Of a stretch of DNA of 64,000 bases, positions 50,538 to 60,131 are shown in pieces. Each line of letters opens with the position of its first letter. Position 1 is the stretch's first letter. A program made the position numbers and the translations under genes. The stretch comes from a virus (lineage: Duplodnaviria > Caudoviricetes): positions 90,765 through 154,764 of IMG/VR virus record IMGVR_UViG_2615840593_000003. The stretch is one strand, 5' to 3'. The notes under the pieces were generated by a model that saw nothing but the letters and a program-made list of their open reading frames with translations, was not told the origin of the DNA and did no database searches.

Positions 50538-52763
50538 ATGGCTAATATAAAAGATAATTTGAGTGCATATGGTAGAGCCTTTATTGGTTTTGATGAGCCT
50601 AGTGGTAATGCTATGGATTCAATTGGTGGATATACAGGAACACTAGTGAACAACCCTACTCGTGTAACTGGTTGGAATGGAAAAGGAAATGCCATGAGTT
50701 TTAAATCATCCTCTAGTAACAGGATTATGTTTAACAATAGTATACTTCCATCAGGAAATAGAAGCTATAGATTTAAAATAAAAGTAGAACAAAAGCCTAG
50801 TGTAGTAAGAATAATTTTTACTACTGGTAGTCTAAGTGCATCTCATCATGGAGATCAAATCTCAATGAGAACAAATGGCAGTATCGCTTGGCATTCCTGT
50901 AGAGCTATATCTGCTTCTTTTAATTTTGTACTAGAATCTACATTGGATATATGTGACAATCTATGGCATGACATCCTATTTGAATTAAATGATGGTATAG
51001 TATCATTATATATAGATGGTAATCTAGATAGTACAACAACTAGTGTAAACACAACTGGTATTTATAAGCACTCTTACAATTTAAATTTTGGCAGTGGTTA
51101 CGCCAACGCAGAAGGAACGACATTTGATTGGCATTTTAATGGTCAACTAGACCAAGTTGAAATCTATGATGGAGTAATTTCCCCTATTCCTGACAAATAT
51201 CTTGTATATCATATGTCTCAATACAAGTATTATGATGGAACCTCATGGAAAGTAACCACAAATACAGAAGAAAATTTTATTAAAAATGGAATGGATAACT
51301 TAGATCATGTTAAAGAAGCCCAATGGAAAGAGATATCAGGAGATAAGTCACTGGTAATGTGGACTGATTTCAAGGATAAGCAATATATTTCTATAGAAAC
51401 AAATACTACTCCGTACAGTATCTATGATTATATTTCAGAAACACCAGAGGTTCTAGTCTACACAGAAGCTACAGATGATATTATTGTATCAACAAATACT
51501 GAATCATTTGACATTTATGATGAATTTGGTGATAGTGTTGAAGTTCTTTATTACACTGACGACAAAGCTGTAACAAATGCTGAACTAATCCTAGAAGCTA
51601 ACTGGTCACCTATTGATGAATTAGAAGGTGATTTTGAGGTTGTAACATGGACTGATGAAGCTCCTGCTACTGCTCAAAGAGTATTAGAAATGACAGCAGT
51701 ACCTAAACCTCAATTCATTAAGCTAGTTAACCCTAAAAGTGTGTATGGGGCTTTAGATGATGTTATTGTTAATGACATTTCTAAATCATATCGTGATGAA
51801 GCTAGATACTTTGTCGCAGGAGAAGATGCTTCAAAATGGTACATATGGGATAATTCAACACAGAAGTTTATTGTTTCTGATACCTCATCAGAAGAAGCTA
51901 TTCTTAAAAATGGTATGAAGTATCGTGATCTAAACAATATAACCGATAGACAATGGAGAACTTGGGATAATAAATATTTAAACATCGGCATGTTCTTAAA
52001 AGATAATCCTCGTGACACGGTGGTTTCGATGGTTGAAAGTGTGTCGTATAAAGATTATCTTCCTCGTAACTCTACAATTATTAAAGATACAAGCTTTTAC
52101 ATTATAAATACTACTGCAAAAATTGATATTGAGCTAAATGGTAATATTCTTAAAGGTATTTTAAGTGACAGTGATTTAACTCGTGTTCAATACAGAGTGT
52201 TGCTGAACGGTGGTTATTATTATCCAACTGATGGAAGCTTTACTAAACTAGGTGAATCACCTCAAAATATTGAATTAATTATTGGTAGTAAAGATATTAA
52301 GATTGATGATTGGAATACTTTAAAAGTAGAGTTTCAAGATTTCTTTGGAACTACTGATTATTGGCAAACTAGCTTTATTGGTACATATTCAGGACTTATG
52401 TTTAAAAATATTCATGGTGAGTATTATTCAAGTGAAATCGGCGAGGTTTTAAAGTACCTTGATTTCGGGGTTATTATTGCAGGACAGACTACAATTGAAT
52501 ATGAAGTTATTCTTAAAAATCAATATGGATATGATGTTAATAATATTCACCTATTCGCAAACGTATCTAATTCCCCTACTGGAATGGATATAGAATTTAG
52601 TGAAAGTCTTACCCCATTCATTCCTAACAACGAATTATTACTTAATAAAATACTTAAAAACAATGAAGAAATGTCATTCTTTATTAGATTAAAAACAACA
52701 TTGGGTGTAACGCCTAACGCTAATGGTTCATTTGACATTATCGTAAGAGCAGATAAAGCCTAA
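50538..52763 (+). CDS. LamG/ConA-like lectin domain tail protein
   Basis: FDEPSG..DNLWH..LYIDG..FNGQLDQVEIYD. Confidence 0.75.
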   Translation: MANIKDNLSAYGRAFIGFDEPSGNAMDSIGGYTGTLVNNPTRVTGWNGKGNAMSFKSSSSNRIMFNNSILPSGNRSYRFKIKVEQKPSVVRIIFTTGSLSASHHGDQISMRTNGSIAWHSCRAISASFNFVLESTLDICDNLWHDILFELNDGIVSLYIDGNLDSTTTSVNTTGIYKHSYNLNFGSGYANAEGTTFDWHFNGQLDQVEIYDGVISPIPDKYLVYHMSQYKYYDGTSWKVTTNTEENFIKNGMDNLDHVKEAQWKEISGDKSLVMWTDFKDKQYISIETNTTPYSIYDYISETPEVLVYTEATDDIIVSTNTESFDIYDEFGDSVEVLYYTDDKAVTNAELILEANWSPIDELEGDFEVVTWTDEAPATAQRVLEMTAVPKPQFIKLVNPKSVYGALDDVIVNDISKSYRDEARYFVAGEDASKWYIWDNSTQKFIVSDTSSEEAILKNGMKYRDLNNITDRQWRTWDNKYLNIGMFLKDNPRDTVVSMVESVSYKDYLPRNSTIIKDTSFYIINTTAKIDIELNGNILKGILSDSDLTRVQYRVLLNGGYYYPTDGSFTKLGESPQNIELIIGSKDIKIDDWNTLKVEFQDFFGTTDYWQTSFIGTYSGLMFKNIHGEYYSSEIGEVLKYLDFGVIIAGQTTIEYEVILKNQYGYDVNNIHLFANVSNSPTGMDIEFSESLTPFIPNNELLLNKILKNNEEMSFFIRLKTTLGVTPNANGSFDIIVRADKA

Positions 52764-52775
52764 TCACAATACAAT

Positions 52776-54701
52776 GTGATGGGATGTGATTATATGGAGG
52801 AAACAAATGTAAACAGCTCCTCTCTCTCAAATGAAATATCAATTGGATCTTTTGATAGTTCATCTTTTGTAAATATTGAATATGAAGTTAAGCCAAATAA
52901 TAAATTTAAAGCAAAATATAAGTTATATGCAGTTGGTAATTCAGACACCTTAACAGAACTAACTGTAAGGCAACTTGAAAATTCAAATGTGATAACAGAA
53001 ATAACACCTAGAGCTTTTGGTATAAGTGAAAAAGAAACACATATTAATATCGTCTATCGTGGTAACTCAGATATTGTAACAGAGATACAACCATATATAC
53101 ATAATTTTATTGAGACGGAAATTGAGATACCTCCTCATAATAGAATGATGGCTATTTATGACATACAACAACCGCCTATTGTTACAGATATATTTAGTCC
53201 CACTCAAGATGCTTTCACTCGTGAAAAATTAGAATATCAATCTATTAACTATGGTAACTACCATTCTATGATAGTTGGACGTAGTGTTGATGATATATGG
53301 CGTTCATTTGTGCAATTTGATTTAAAGTCCATCCATCCATCTTATGTTTTGACTGATGCTAAATTACGTCTACACTATGATGGCATAGTTCCAAATGACA
53401 TCGTTTTAGAATTGCTAAATGCAGATAGAGTATGGTCAGAATACAGTATCACTCATTTAAATAGACCTACCCCTATTAAGTTAATTTCAAATCAATTTAC
53501 TATCAATGAAGAATTAAAACTTGTTGAGTTCAATGTATTTGATGTTGTTAAAGATTGGGTTTCGTTGAGACTAATTAATAATGGATTCATAATTCGCACA
53601 TCAGTAGAAACCTCTATTAATTCTATAACTTTTAAAACAAGAGAATCAACACTACCTCCTGAACTAATTGTTGATTATTTTGATTCAAGAATATTTAGCA
53701 CTGGTAGAAGTGATATAATAGCAGAATTATTTGTTTATAAAAATGGTAATTCAGATAAGAAAACTGAAATTATAGTTGGCTCTACATATGAATCCTCTAA
53801 TAAAGAAGCAATTATTTATGTGCATAGAAAAGAAGTTCCTTTAGATGAGGATGTGCCTACAGAAATCACTGTTACTAAAGAATTCGTTGCTACTGAATTA
53901 ACAGTAGCAATTCCTGATAAGAGCGAAATAATTTCATCTATCAGTGTTAGATTACAAGGTAAAGACGATAGTGTTATATCTGAAATCACAGTAAGTAGAC
54001 CAGATACATTAGCAGAAATATCTTGTACAAGAAAAGATCAATCTGAATTGTTATCTATAATTTCTATTAGCAAACCTGATATTGTGGTTGAAATTACTGT
54101 TCCAATAAAGGATTCCAGTGATGTATATGTTGAGATAGAAGCTAATGATGTTCATTCTAATGAAATTCCAACAGAAATTAATTTGAGTCGTGAATCAATT
54201 ATTACTGAGATTACACCAAGGGTCAGACTTGATAAAGATTTATATTCAGAGATATCTATTAGTAAGCCAGATATATCAGTTGAAATTGATATACCTTTTT
54301 CTAGCGACATATGGGTTGAGATTGAGGCTAATATCAAAAGTGACATTCCGATAGAAATTTGTGCCTCTAAGCCAAGTATTGAAGCTGAAATAGAGGTCAG
54401 AGTTCATGAGGACATAGAATTAAAGACTGAAATTTTTGTTGCTTTTAATGACGATGTCTATGTTGAGATTACTTCAAATGCCACAAGTCAAATTCATGCT
54501 GAAATCAATATTGATACAGTTAGTCAATTATCATCGAAAATTACTATTTCTAAGCCATTTATTTATGCTGATATTGTTATTCCGATTAGAGATAAGACAG
54601 ATGTATTAGTATTAATTGAGCCTAGAATTTCAACAGTTGATAATATCCCTACAATAATTACGGTGAACGGTAAAGTAACTGGATATGCATTTATTATGTA
54701 A
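52776..54701 (+). CDS. DNRLRE/CBM96-like domain protein with long beta-repeat tail
   Basis: QDAF..NYG..RSFVQFDL..AKLRL..PEL; repeated xEIxIS(K/R)PD units. Confidence 0.7.
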   Translation: MMGCDYMEETNVNSSSLSNEISIGSFDSSSFVNIEYEVKPNNKFKAKYKLYAVGNSDTLTELTVRQLENSNVITEITPRAFGISEKETHINIVYRGNSDIVTEIQPYIHNFIETEIEIPPHNRMMAIYDIQQPPIVTDIFSPTQDAFTREKLEYQSINYGNYHSMIVGRSVDDIWRSFVQFDLKSIHPSYVLTDAKLRLHYDGIVPNDIVLELLNADRVWSEYSITHLNRPTPIKLISNQFTINEELKLVEFNVFDVVKDWVSLRLINNGFIIRTSVETSINSITFKTRESTLPPELIVDYFDSRIFSTGRSDIIAELFVYKNGNSDKKTEIIVGSTYESSNKEAIIYVHRKEVPLDEDVPTEITVTKEFVATELTVAIPDKSEIISSISVRLQGKDDSVISEITVSRPDTLAEISCTRKDQSELLSIISISKPDIVVEITVPIKDSSDVYVEIEANDVHSNEIPTEINLSRESIITEITPRVRLDKDLYSEISISKPDISVEIDIPFSSDIWVEIEANIKSDIPIEICASKPSIEAEIEVRVHEDIELKTEIFVAFNDDVYVEITSNATSQIHAEINIDTVSQLSSKITISKPFIYADIVIPIRDKTDVLVLIEPRISTVDNIPTIITVNGKVTGYAFIM

Positions 54702-54720
54702 GAAAAGGAGAAAGATAATT

Positions 54721-55170
54721 ATGATGATGAAAAATTATGAAATTGGAGAGTTACAATCATTTCTATTCAATTTAATTTTAAAAGGTAAGGAATCCAGAAT
54801 GCGAACACGTTTTATTAGTTTGTTAGATAATCAAGTAGAGCTAATAGAAAAAGAAAGACAATTATTAATTAACGATTATGCTTCTAAAGATGATGAAGGT
54901 GATATTAAAACAGAAACTAAAGTGATAAATGATAAAGAGCAACATATTGTTGTATTCCCTTCTATTGAGGCAGAAAAAGAAGCACAAATCCAAATTATGT
55001 TGATGATGAATGAGGATTTTATTATTGAAGAAACGGTTGATAAAATTGAAATGCTTAAAACTTTACAGAATATAATTTTAAATTGTAATTTAGAGTTTAC
55101 TGGTCAAAAAGCTGTTTTATATGATAGATTCTGTGAGATCTTCGAAGAAATAGATTTAATTGAAGACTAA
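54721..55170 (+). CDS. hypothetical protein (DUF1617-like)
   Basis: LKGKESRMRTRF pattern; AAGGAG RBS before MMMK. Confidence 0.55.
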   Translation: MMMKNYEIGELQSFLFNLILKGKESRMRTRFISLLDNQVELIEKERQLLINDYASKDDEGDIKTETKVINDKEQHIVVFPSIEAEKEAQIQIMLMMNEDFIIEETVDKIEMLKTLQNIILNCNLEFTGQKAVLYDRFCEIFEEIDLIED

Positions 55171-55187
55171 TTGAAGGAGGTGAGTAG

Positions 55188-55475
55188 ATGTCAGTAGAAG
55201 TACAATACATAGATTATAATGAAACAATTCAATCAGCTAAAGTTCCAATCGAGAAAGATGTATTTCAAGTAATTACCCCTATTGTGAAGAAAGTTGAGAC
55301 AAATGGACAAATTGAGATTGAACGTTATGTTGAAATTGCTTTACATGATGAACGTCTAAGTAACACTATTACAAAGCGATATTCTCAAAAGGAAATGCTT
55401 GAATATATACGACTCTTACAAAGAATGGTTAAAGAAATAATGATTGAAGACGTTGCTAGTGTTTCTAAGTGTTAA
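55188..55475 (+). CDS. hypothetical protein
   Basis: AAGGAGGTG RBS. Confidence 0.65.
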   Translation: MSVEVQYIDYNETIQSAKVPIEKDVFQVITPIVKKVETNGQIEIERYVEIALHDERLSNTITKRYSQKEMLEYIRLLQRMVKEIMIEDVASVSKC

Positions 55476-55519
55476 ATCAATAAAATACATAATAAAAATT
55501 AGAAAAGAGGAATTCATTT

Positions 55520-55987
55520 ATGAAATTAAACATAGTACGTGATTTAGAAAAAGGTATTTATTCTGTAGATGTGAAGTCTGTAGTGTTGGATGAAACAGAA
55601 AAGGAACTAATTAAAGATGCAGAACCTCAAAAATTAGATATTGCAGGTGATATTGTTAAAACTACAATTGAAAATATTATTACAAAAGTTTCTATTGTGG
55701 ATGCAGATAATAAACCAGTTTTAGACGCTAATGATAATCCTACATATAATGATGTTACAGTACATACTGAAAAAGAAGAAGTGTTATTACGTCTAGGTTC
55801 AAAGTATAAAGTATTCCCTTTTGATATTCCTTTCTCACGTAGTTTCAGTTCTGCTGAATTTGGTGATAAAACACAAACTATCGCCGAAGCGTATGCGGAA
55901 ACAATTGAGAAACGCATTGAAAAAATTATGACTAATCTACGTGCTAAACCAGATACATTCAGTAAAGATGATGAAATTATAATTTAA
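55520..55987 (+). CDS. hypothetical protein
   Basis: AGAGG RBS. Confidence 0.65.
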   Translation: MKLNIVRDLEKGIYSVDVKSVVLDETEKELIKDAEPQKLDIAGDIVKTTIENIITKVSIVDADNKPVLDANDNPTYNDVTVHTEKEEVLLRLGSKYKVFPFDIPFSRSFSSAEFGDKTQTIAEAYAETIEKRIEKIMTNLRAKPDTFSKDDEIII

Positions 55988-56113
55988 TAAAATACACATA
56001 TTATCTAAAATACATAGTATATTCATACAAAAATATTGTATAAACGTTGTATAAATAGACCATTATCGAATGAATATACAATTAAATTAAAAGTGAATCA
56101 GGAAATTCAGTTT

Positions 56114-56157
56114 AGAGTAGGTGCGAGTTAATTCTCCCCTACTCTTTTATTATTTTA
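56114..56157 (+). terminator. intrinsic terminator before lysis genes
   Basis: AGAGTAGG..CCTACTCT followed by TTTATTATTTT. Confidence 0.65.
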
Positions 56158-56167
56158 ATAAAAGTCG

Positions 56168-56626
56168 GTGATTAAATTGGATAATGAAAGATTAGTCGGT
56201 GAGAGACTGGCTAGTGTTGAAACAGAATTAAAAAATCAAGACAATCGAGTTTCAAAATTAGAAGGAAATAATGAGTTACTTTATCGATTGACAGTTGTAT
56301 CTGAACAGCAACAAGAAATGAATAAAAATCAGCAAATACAATTAAACAAAATGGATGAAAATCAACAAATACAAGTTAACAAGATGAATGAAACATTCAA
56401 CAACATTAATATCAATTTGACTAAACTAAATATGTCTCAAGATGAATTACAAAACAATGTTAAAACTATCGGTAAACGTGTTGATGGGATCGAAGAAGAC
56501 TTAAAGGTTGAATCTGACAAAGGGTCAATTAAATTTAATGAAATCTTATCTAAATATCTTATGTGGTGGATTTTATTGCCAACGCTAATTATAGGTGCTT
56601 GGATGCTTTATAAATTTGGGCTATAA
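56168..56626 (+). CDS. XhlA-like coiled-coil membrane protein (lysis accessory)
   Basis: ERLASVE coiled coil, single C-terminal TM, upstream of holin. Confidence 0.6.
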   Translation: MIKLDNERLVGERLASVETELKNQDNRVSKLEGNNELLYRLTVVSEQQQEMNKNQQIQLNKMDENQQIQVNKMNETFNNININLTKLNMSQDELQNNVKTIGKRVDGIEEDLKVESDKGSIKFNEILSKYLMWWILLPTLIIGAWMLYKFGL

Positions 56627-56643
56627 GAAAGGAAATGATACAT

Positions 56644-56928
56644 ATGAAAATCAACTGGAAAATTCGTGTAACAAACTTCCACTTTTGGATTGCTATCGGT
56701 ATTGTGTTTTTTACAAATCTTTTTGCAATGGCAGGAGTAACATTCGAGGAAGTGACAAGTTGGAGTAAATTAGGCAGTTTAATTTTTGACGCATTAAAGA
56801 ACCCTTACACTTTTATTAATTTAGGAGCATTTGTTTATGTAGCCGTGATTGACTTTACGACTAAAGGTATTGGAGACAGTGCTTTGGTAATGAGTCGACT
56901 ACAAGCCAAAAGTAATATTAAGAAATAA
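56644..56928 (+). CDS. holin (phiLC3-like family)
   Basis: MKINWKIR..N..FW, two TM segments, IDFTTKGIGDS. Confidence 0.85.
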   Translation: MKINWKIRVTNFHFWIAIGIVFFTNLFAMAGVTFEEVTSWSKLGSLIFDALKNPYTFINLGAFVYVAVIDFTTKGIGDSALVMSRLQAKSNIKK

Positions 56929-57000
56929 ATCTTTTATAGGATTAGTTTTATTTTGTATCTTTTATTACTTATTGAAGATTAGCTCAAGAAAAGAAAGGAA

Positions 57001-57696
57001 GTGAACATTGTGGCATTTACAATGAGATACGATGCTAGAAATCGAAACAACATTTCAAATTTAGCAGATAATACAAAGCTTTTAACATTGAAATTGTACC
57101 AATATTGTATTGATAATAGCATTCAAATATTAATCTACGAAACTATTCGTACAATTGAGCAACAAAAAGTAAACGTTGCTAATGGAGCTTCTCAAACTAT
57201 GAAGTCATATCATATAGTTGGTCAGGCGTTAGATTGGGTTCTTGTTGATTCTAATGGAAATGCAATGTGGAATGCTTACAAAACTCCAAATGCGGATAAA
57301 GTAATCAATTACGCAAAAAAATTAGGATTTGAAAGTGGTCGTGATTGGGGTTGGGATGCTCCTCACCTACAGTATGAATATAAAGGTTATGGAACTGATA
57401 AATTCGATAAAATAAAAGAAAATGGAGAGGATCTCACTATGCAACAGTACAATGAATTAAAGAAAATGATCACTGACTTACAAACAGAAAATGTTAATCT
57501 AAAGAAACAACTAGAAAATAAACTTGATAAACAAAATGCTAGAGAGCCTTTAGATTGCCATAAAGAAGATTGGAAATGGTTTAAGTCCAATGGTATTACA
57601 GATGGTTCGAACCCACAGAATTACGTAACTCGTGAACAAGTATCTACATTGCTTCATAATATGGACTCATTTAATACTAAGAAGTTTAAAATGTAG
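57001..57696 (+). CDS. endolysin, M15 family L-Ala-D-Glu peptidase
   Basis: ETIRT..Q, SYH..GQALD, WDAPHLQ; C-terminal cell-wall-binding-like ITDGSNP..TREQ. Confidence 0.85.
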   Translation: MNIVAFTMRYDARNRNNISNLADNTKLLTLKLYQYCIDNSIQILIYETIRTIEQQKVNVANGASQTMKSYHIVGQALDWVLVDSNGNAMWNAYKTPNADKVINYAKKLGFESGRDWGWDAPHLQYEYKGYGTDKFDKIKENGEDLTMQQYNELKKMITDLQTENVNLKKQLENKLDKQNAREPLDCHKEDWKWFKSNGITDGSNPQNYVTREQVSTLLHNMDSFNTKKFKM

Positions 57697-57777
57697 TAAT
57701 AATTACTCATGTTAGCACGCAACGACATTGGCATTTAAATCAAATACATATTATAAAAAGTCAAATTAACATCATTT

Positions 57778-57822
57778 TATAAATCCCTATCAGAAATTCA
57801 CCTCTGTATAGGGATTTATAAA
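57778..57822. terminator. bidirectional terminator between convergent lysin and ftsK
   Basis: TATAAATCCCTATCAGA..TCTGTATAGGGATTTATA. Confidence 0.75.
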
Positions 57823-57845
57823 ATATCTTAACACATATACACCTT

Positions 57846-60131
57846 TCAACTTTTCCACTTTCCCTTTTCCTCTTCACTTACAATCAACTTGTATCCAGAC
57901 TGTTTAGTTTTTGGAGACTCCAACCACCCCTCTTCTACTAAATCTCGCATTAAATCATTCAATTTATTTATATTTATTTTCATATGATTACGCAAAGGAG
58001 AAATCCTTGTTTCACCTGTATTAGTTATTATCTTCTTCAATTTATCCAAATCACTTTCTTCTTTAAATTCCTCTACTTCAGGTAACTCCACAAGCACTTT
58101 TTCATGTTTAATTTGATTTGCTATTTTATTTATTAGCTTACTCTCCAAACCATCATCATATGGATCATCCACAATTAAAGCACCTTGAAACCTTATATGC
58201 TCTTCAGATTGACCTTCAAAATCCATTACTCCATCACCATTACCTATTAATTCGAATTTTGGCGAAGTATTTAGGAATGTTAAATAACTTCGTTTATTTG
58301 CACACCTAAATCCAATCTTGCTAGGTAAATTAGACTTTATTGTTCCGTTTATCACATCAACACTTGGTCGTTGCGTTGCTATTATTATATGAATTCCACA
58401 AGCACGAGAGAGTTGAGTTAATGATTGAATATAAGTATGAATATCACTATTTCTACTAGTCAGTTCTGCATATTCGTCAATAATGCACAAAATGTATGGG
58501 AGTTTATTTTTAGATTTTTTATTGTATAAGCCAATATTTTTAACTCCTGCATTCTTAAATAATTCATAACGTCTATTCATTTCGGCAATTAATTGATTCA
58601 ATAGCTTTATAGCATCATTTGCTTCTGTAATAACCGATTGAACATGATCAAATGAAGAGAAATGAACTAATTCTACTTGTTTAATGTCTATCATGAACAG
58701 TTGCAATTCAGAAGGATTCTTAATTATAAGTAGTGTTAAAATTAGTTGATTCAACCAGACACTTTTCCCTGAACCTGTTGATCCTGCAACCAGTAAGTGT
58801 TTGATTCTACTCATACAACTATAAACAGGATTACCATCCTCATCTACTCCTACAAGGAAAGGTAATGAATGATTGTTTGCGAATTCTTTAAATTCTTCAT
58901 TATCAATGTAATCCCTTAAGAATACCTTCTGTCTTTTTTCTAAAGGTAGTATTACGTCAATTTCCCCTACATCTACCCCTTGTTTAATTTGTAATTGTTT
59001 AACTCCCATTTTTATTTGGATGTCACTTATTACATTAGGCTTATTTAACTCAGAAAATTTTAATTGTTTAGGTAACTTGAATGTGATTTTCATAATAGTT
59101 GAACCTGATCGATATTTTATCATTTCCAAAGATCCTTTGAACGACTTCAATTCCTTTAATGCAAAGATAAATTTATCAGCTAAATTACTACCATCGAATT
59201 GTTCAATACCTTTTCCTCTAGGTAGTAATTTAATTAAATTGTTTGATTCTGACTTGATTACTTCAATCTCTTTTTTATCAATGCGGACTACATTTTCAAC
59301 AACTTGTGTCATGTTTTCAAGAACCATAAATGGGAGTATTTCTGACTCTGACAATGTATGATTTTTAGATTGATAATCTAATATCCTTTTATTAAACATT
59401 TCTGATCCATATTTAAAATCCATTTTGCAATCAATTAACCATTCATTTGTATATGAATATTTATTTACTTCACATTTAATCTTCGATATCGAATACTCTC
59501 TTTCTAACTTAGTGCCTCCAATTAAAGCCAATCTAATATTAAATCTAAATCCATTTTCCTCTAATTTCTGTCTAACCTCTTTAATTTCAGAGTGTTTTTG
59601 CTCCCATTTTAAAAATCCATCCATTTTCTCAGTAAAATTTCTTTGTATTTTTCTAAATAAACCATTATCAGAAGGATTCTGAACTCCGTTTAAATAGTCA
59701 TTATACTGTTCTACAATTTTATCTCTCCAGTTATCTTGTCTGTATACAAGAAGCAACTGATATTTATAGTTAATGTGCGAAGGAATAATTGAATTAATTA
59801 ATTCAAAGAACGTCGAAGAAGTATTCATTTCAATAGGAAACATTGAAGGCTTAAACAAGTGTAATTGTGCAAATGTAGTATTCTCAGAGTTTGAGTTTAA
59901 GTACTGTGCTGAGTTATTCTTAATTGTTGTTAATTTACATTCATAATTAGGTTGAGAAAAGAAAGTGATCGACTGCTGGTTAAATACCCTTAAAGCTTCT
60001 ACTCCAAATACGCCATCCATAAATGATGACACGATTTCTTTTGATTGATCAATAGTTAACGAGCTTAAAAAATAATCAACATACTTATCATTCTTGATGA
60101 CACTAGGAGTAATCAATCTATTCAGTATCAT
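57846..60131 (-). CDS. ftsK: FtsK/SpoIIIE family DNA translocase with C-terminal gamma-like winged helix
   Basis: HLLVAGSTGSGKS, IIDEYAEL, ATQRPS, LIGNGD; C-terminal RISPLRNHMKININKLNDLMRDLVEEGWL. Confidence 0.9.
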   Translation of the reverse strand: MILNRLITPSVIKNDKYVDYFLSSLTIDQSKEIVSSFMDGVFGVEALRVFNQQSITFFSQPNYECKLTTIKNNSAQYLNSNSENTTFAQLHLFKPSMFPIEMNTSSTFFELINSIIPSHINYKYQLLLVYRQDNWRDKIVEQYNDYLNGVQNPSDNGLFRKIQRNFTEKMDGFLKWEQKHSEIKEVRQKLEENGFRFNIRLALIGGTKLEREYSISKIKCEVNKYSYTNEWLIDCKMDFKYGSEMFNKRILDYQSKNHTLSESEILPFMVLENMTQVVENVVRIDKKEIEVIKSESNNLIKLLPRGKGIEQFDGSNLADKFIFALKELKSFKGSLEMIKYRSGSTIMKITFKLPKQLKFSELNKPNVISDIQIKMGVKQLQIKQGVDVGEIDVILPLEKRQKVFLRDYIDNEEFKEFANNHSLPFLVGVDEDGNPVYSCMSRIKHLLVAGSTGSGKSVWLNQLILTLLIIKNPSELQLFMIDIKQVELVHFSSFDHVQSVITEANDAIKLLNQLIAEMNRRYELFKNAGVKNIGLYNKKSKNKLPYILCIIDEYAELTSRNSDIHTYIQSLTQLSRACGIHIIIATQRPSVDVINGTIKSNLPSKIGFRCANKRSYLTFLNTSPKFELIGNGDGVMDFEGQSEEHIRFQGALIVDDPYDDGLESKLINKIANQIKHEKVLVELPEVEEFKEESDLDKLKKIITNTGETRISPLRNHMKININKLNDLMRDLVEEGWLESPKTKQSGYKLIVSEEEKGKWKS

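Noticed and set aside
46153-52763. Shufflon or invertible tail-fibre cassettes driven by the recombinase
   Set aside because: All genes are full-length on +, no inverted crossover repeats seen, and the recombinase is 24 kb away
56325-56393. 33-bp tandem duplication (NQQIQxNKMxE) in the XhlA-like gene
   Set aside because: Ordinary coiled-coil expansion
56635-56646. Dual-start holin/antiholin (MIHMK)
   Set aside because: First ATG abuts the RBS and adds no positive charge; ATG 56644 is the likely sole start
729-57590. Many 60-140 aa antisense ORFs in the track
   Set aside because: Shadow ORFs opposite long coding genes, without RBS or recognisable motifs
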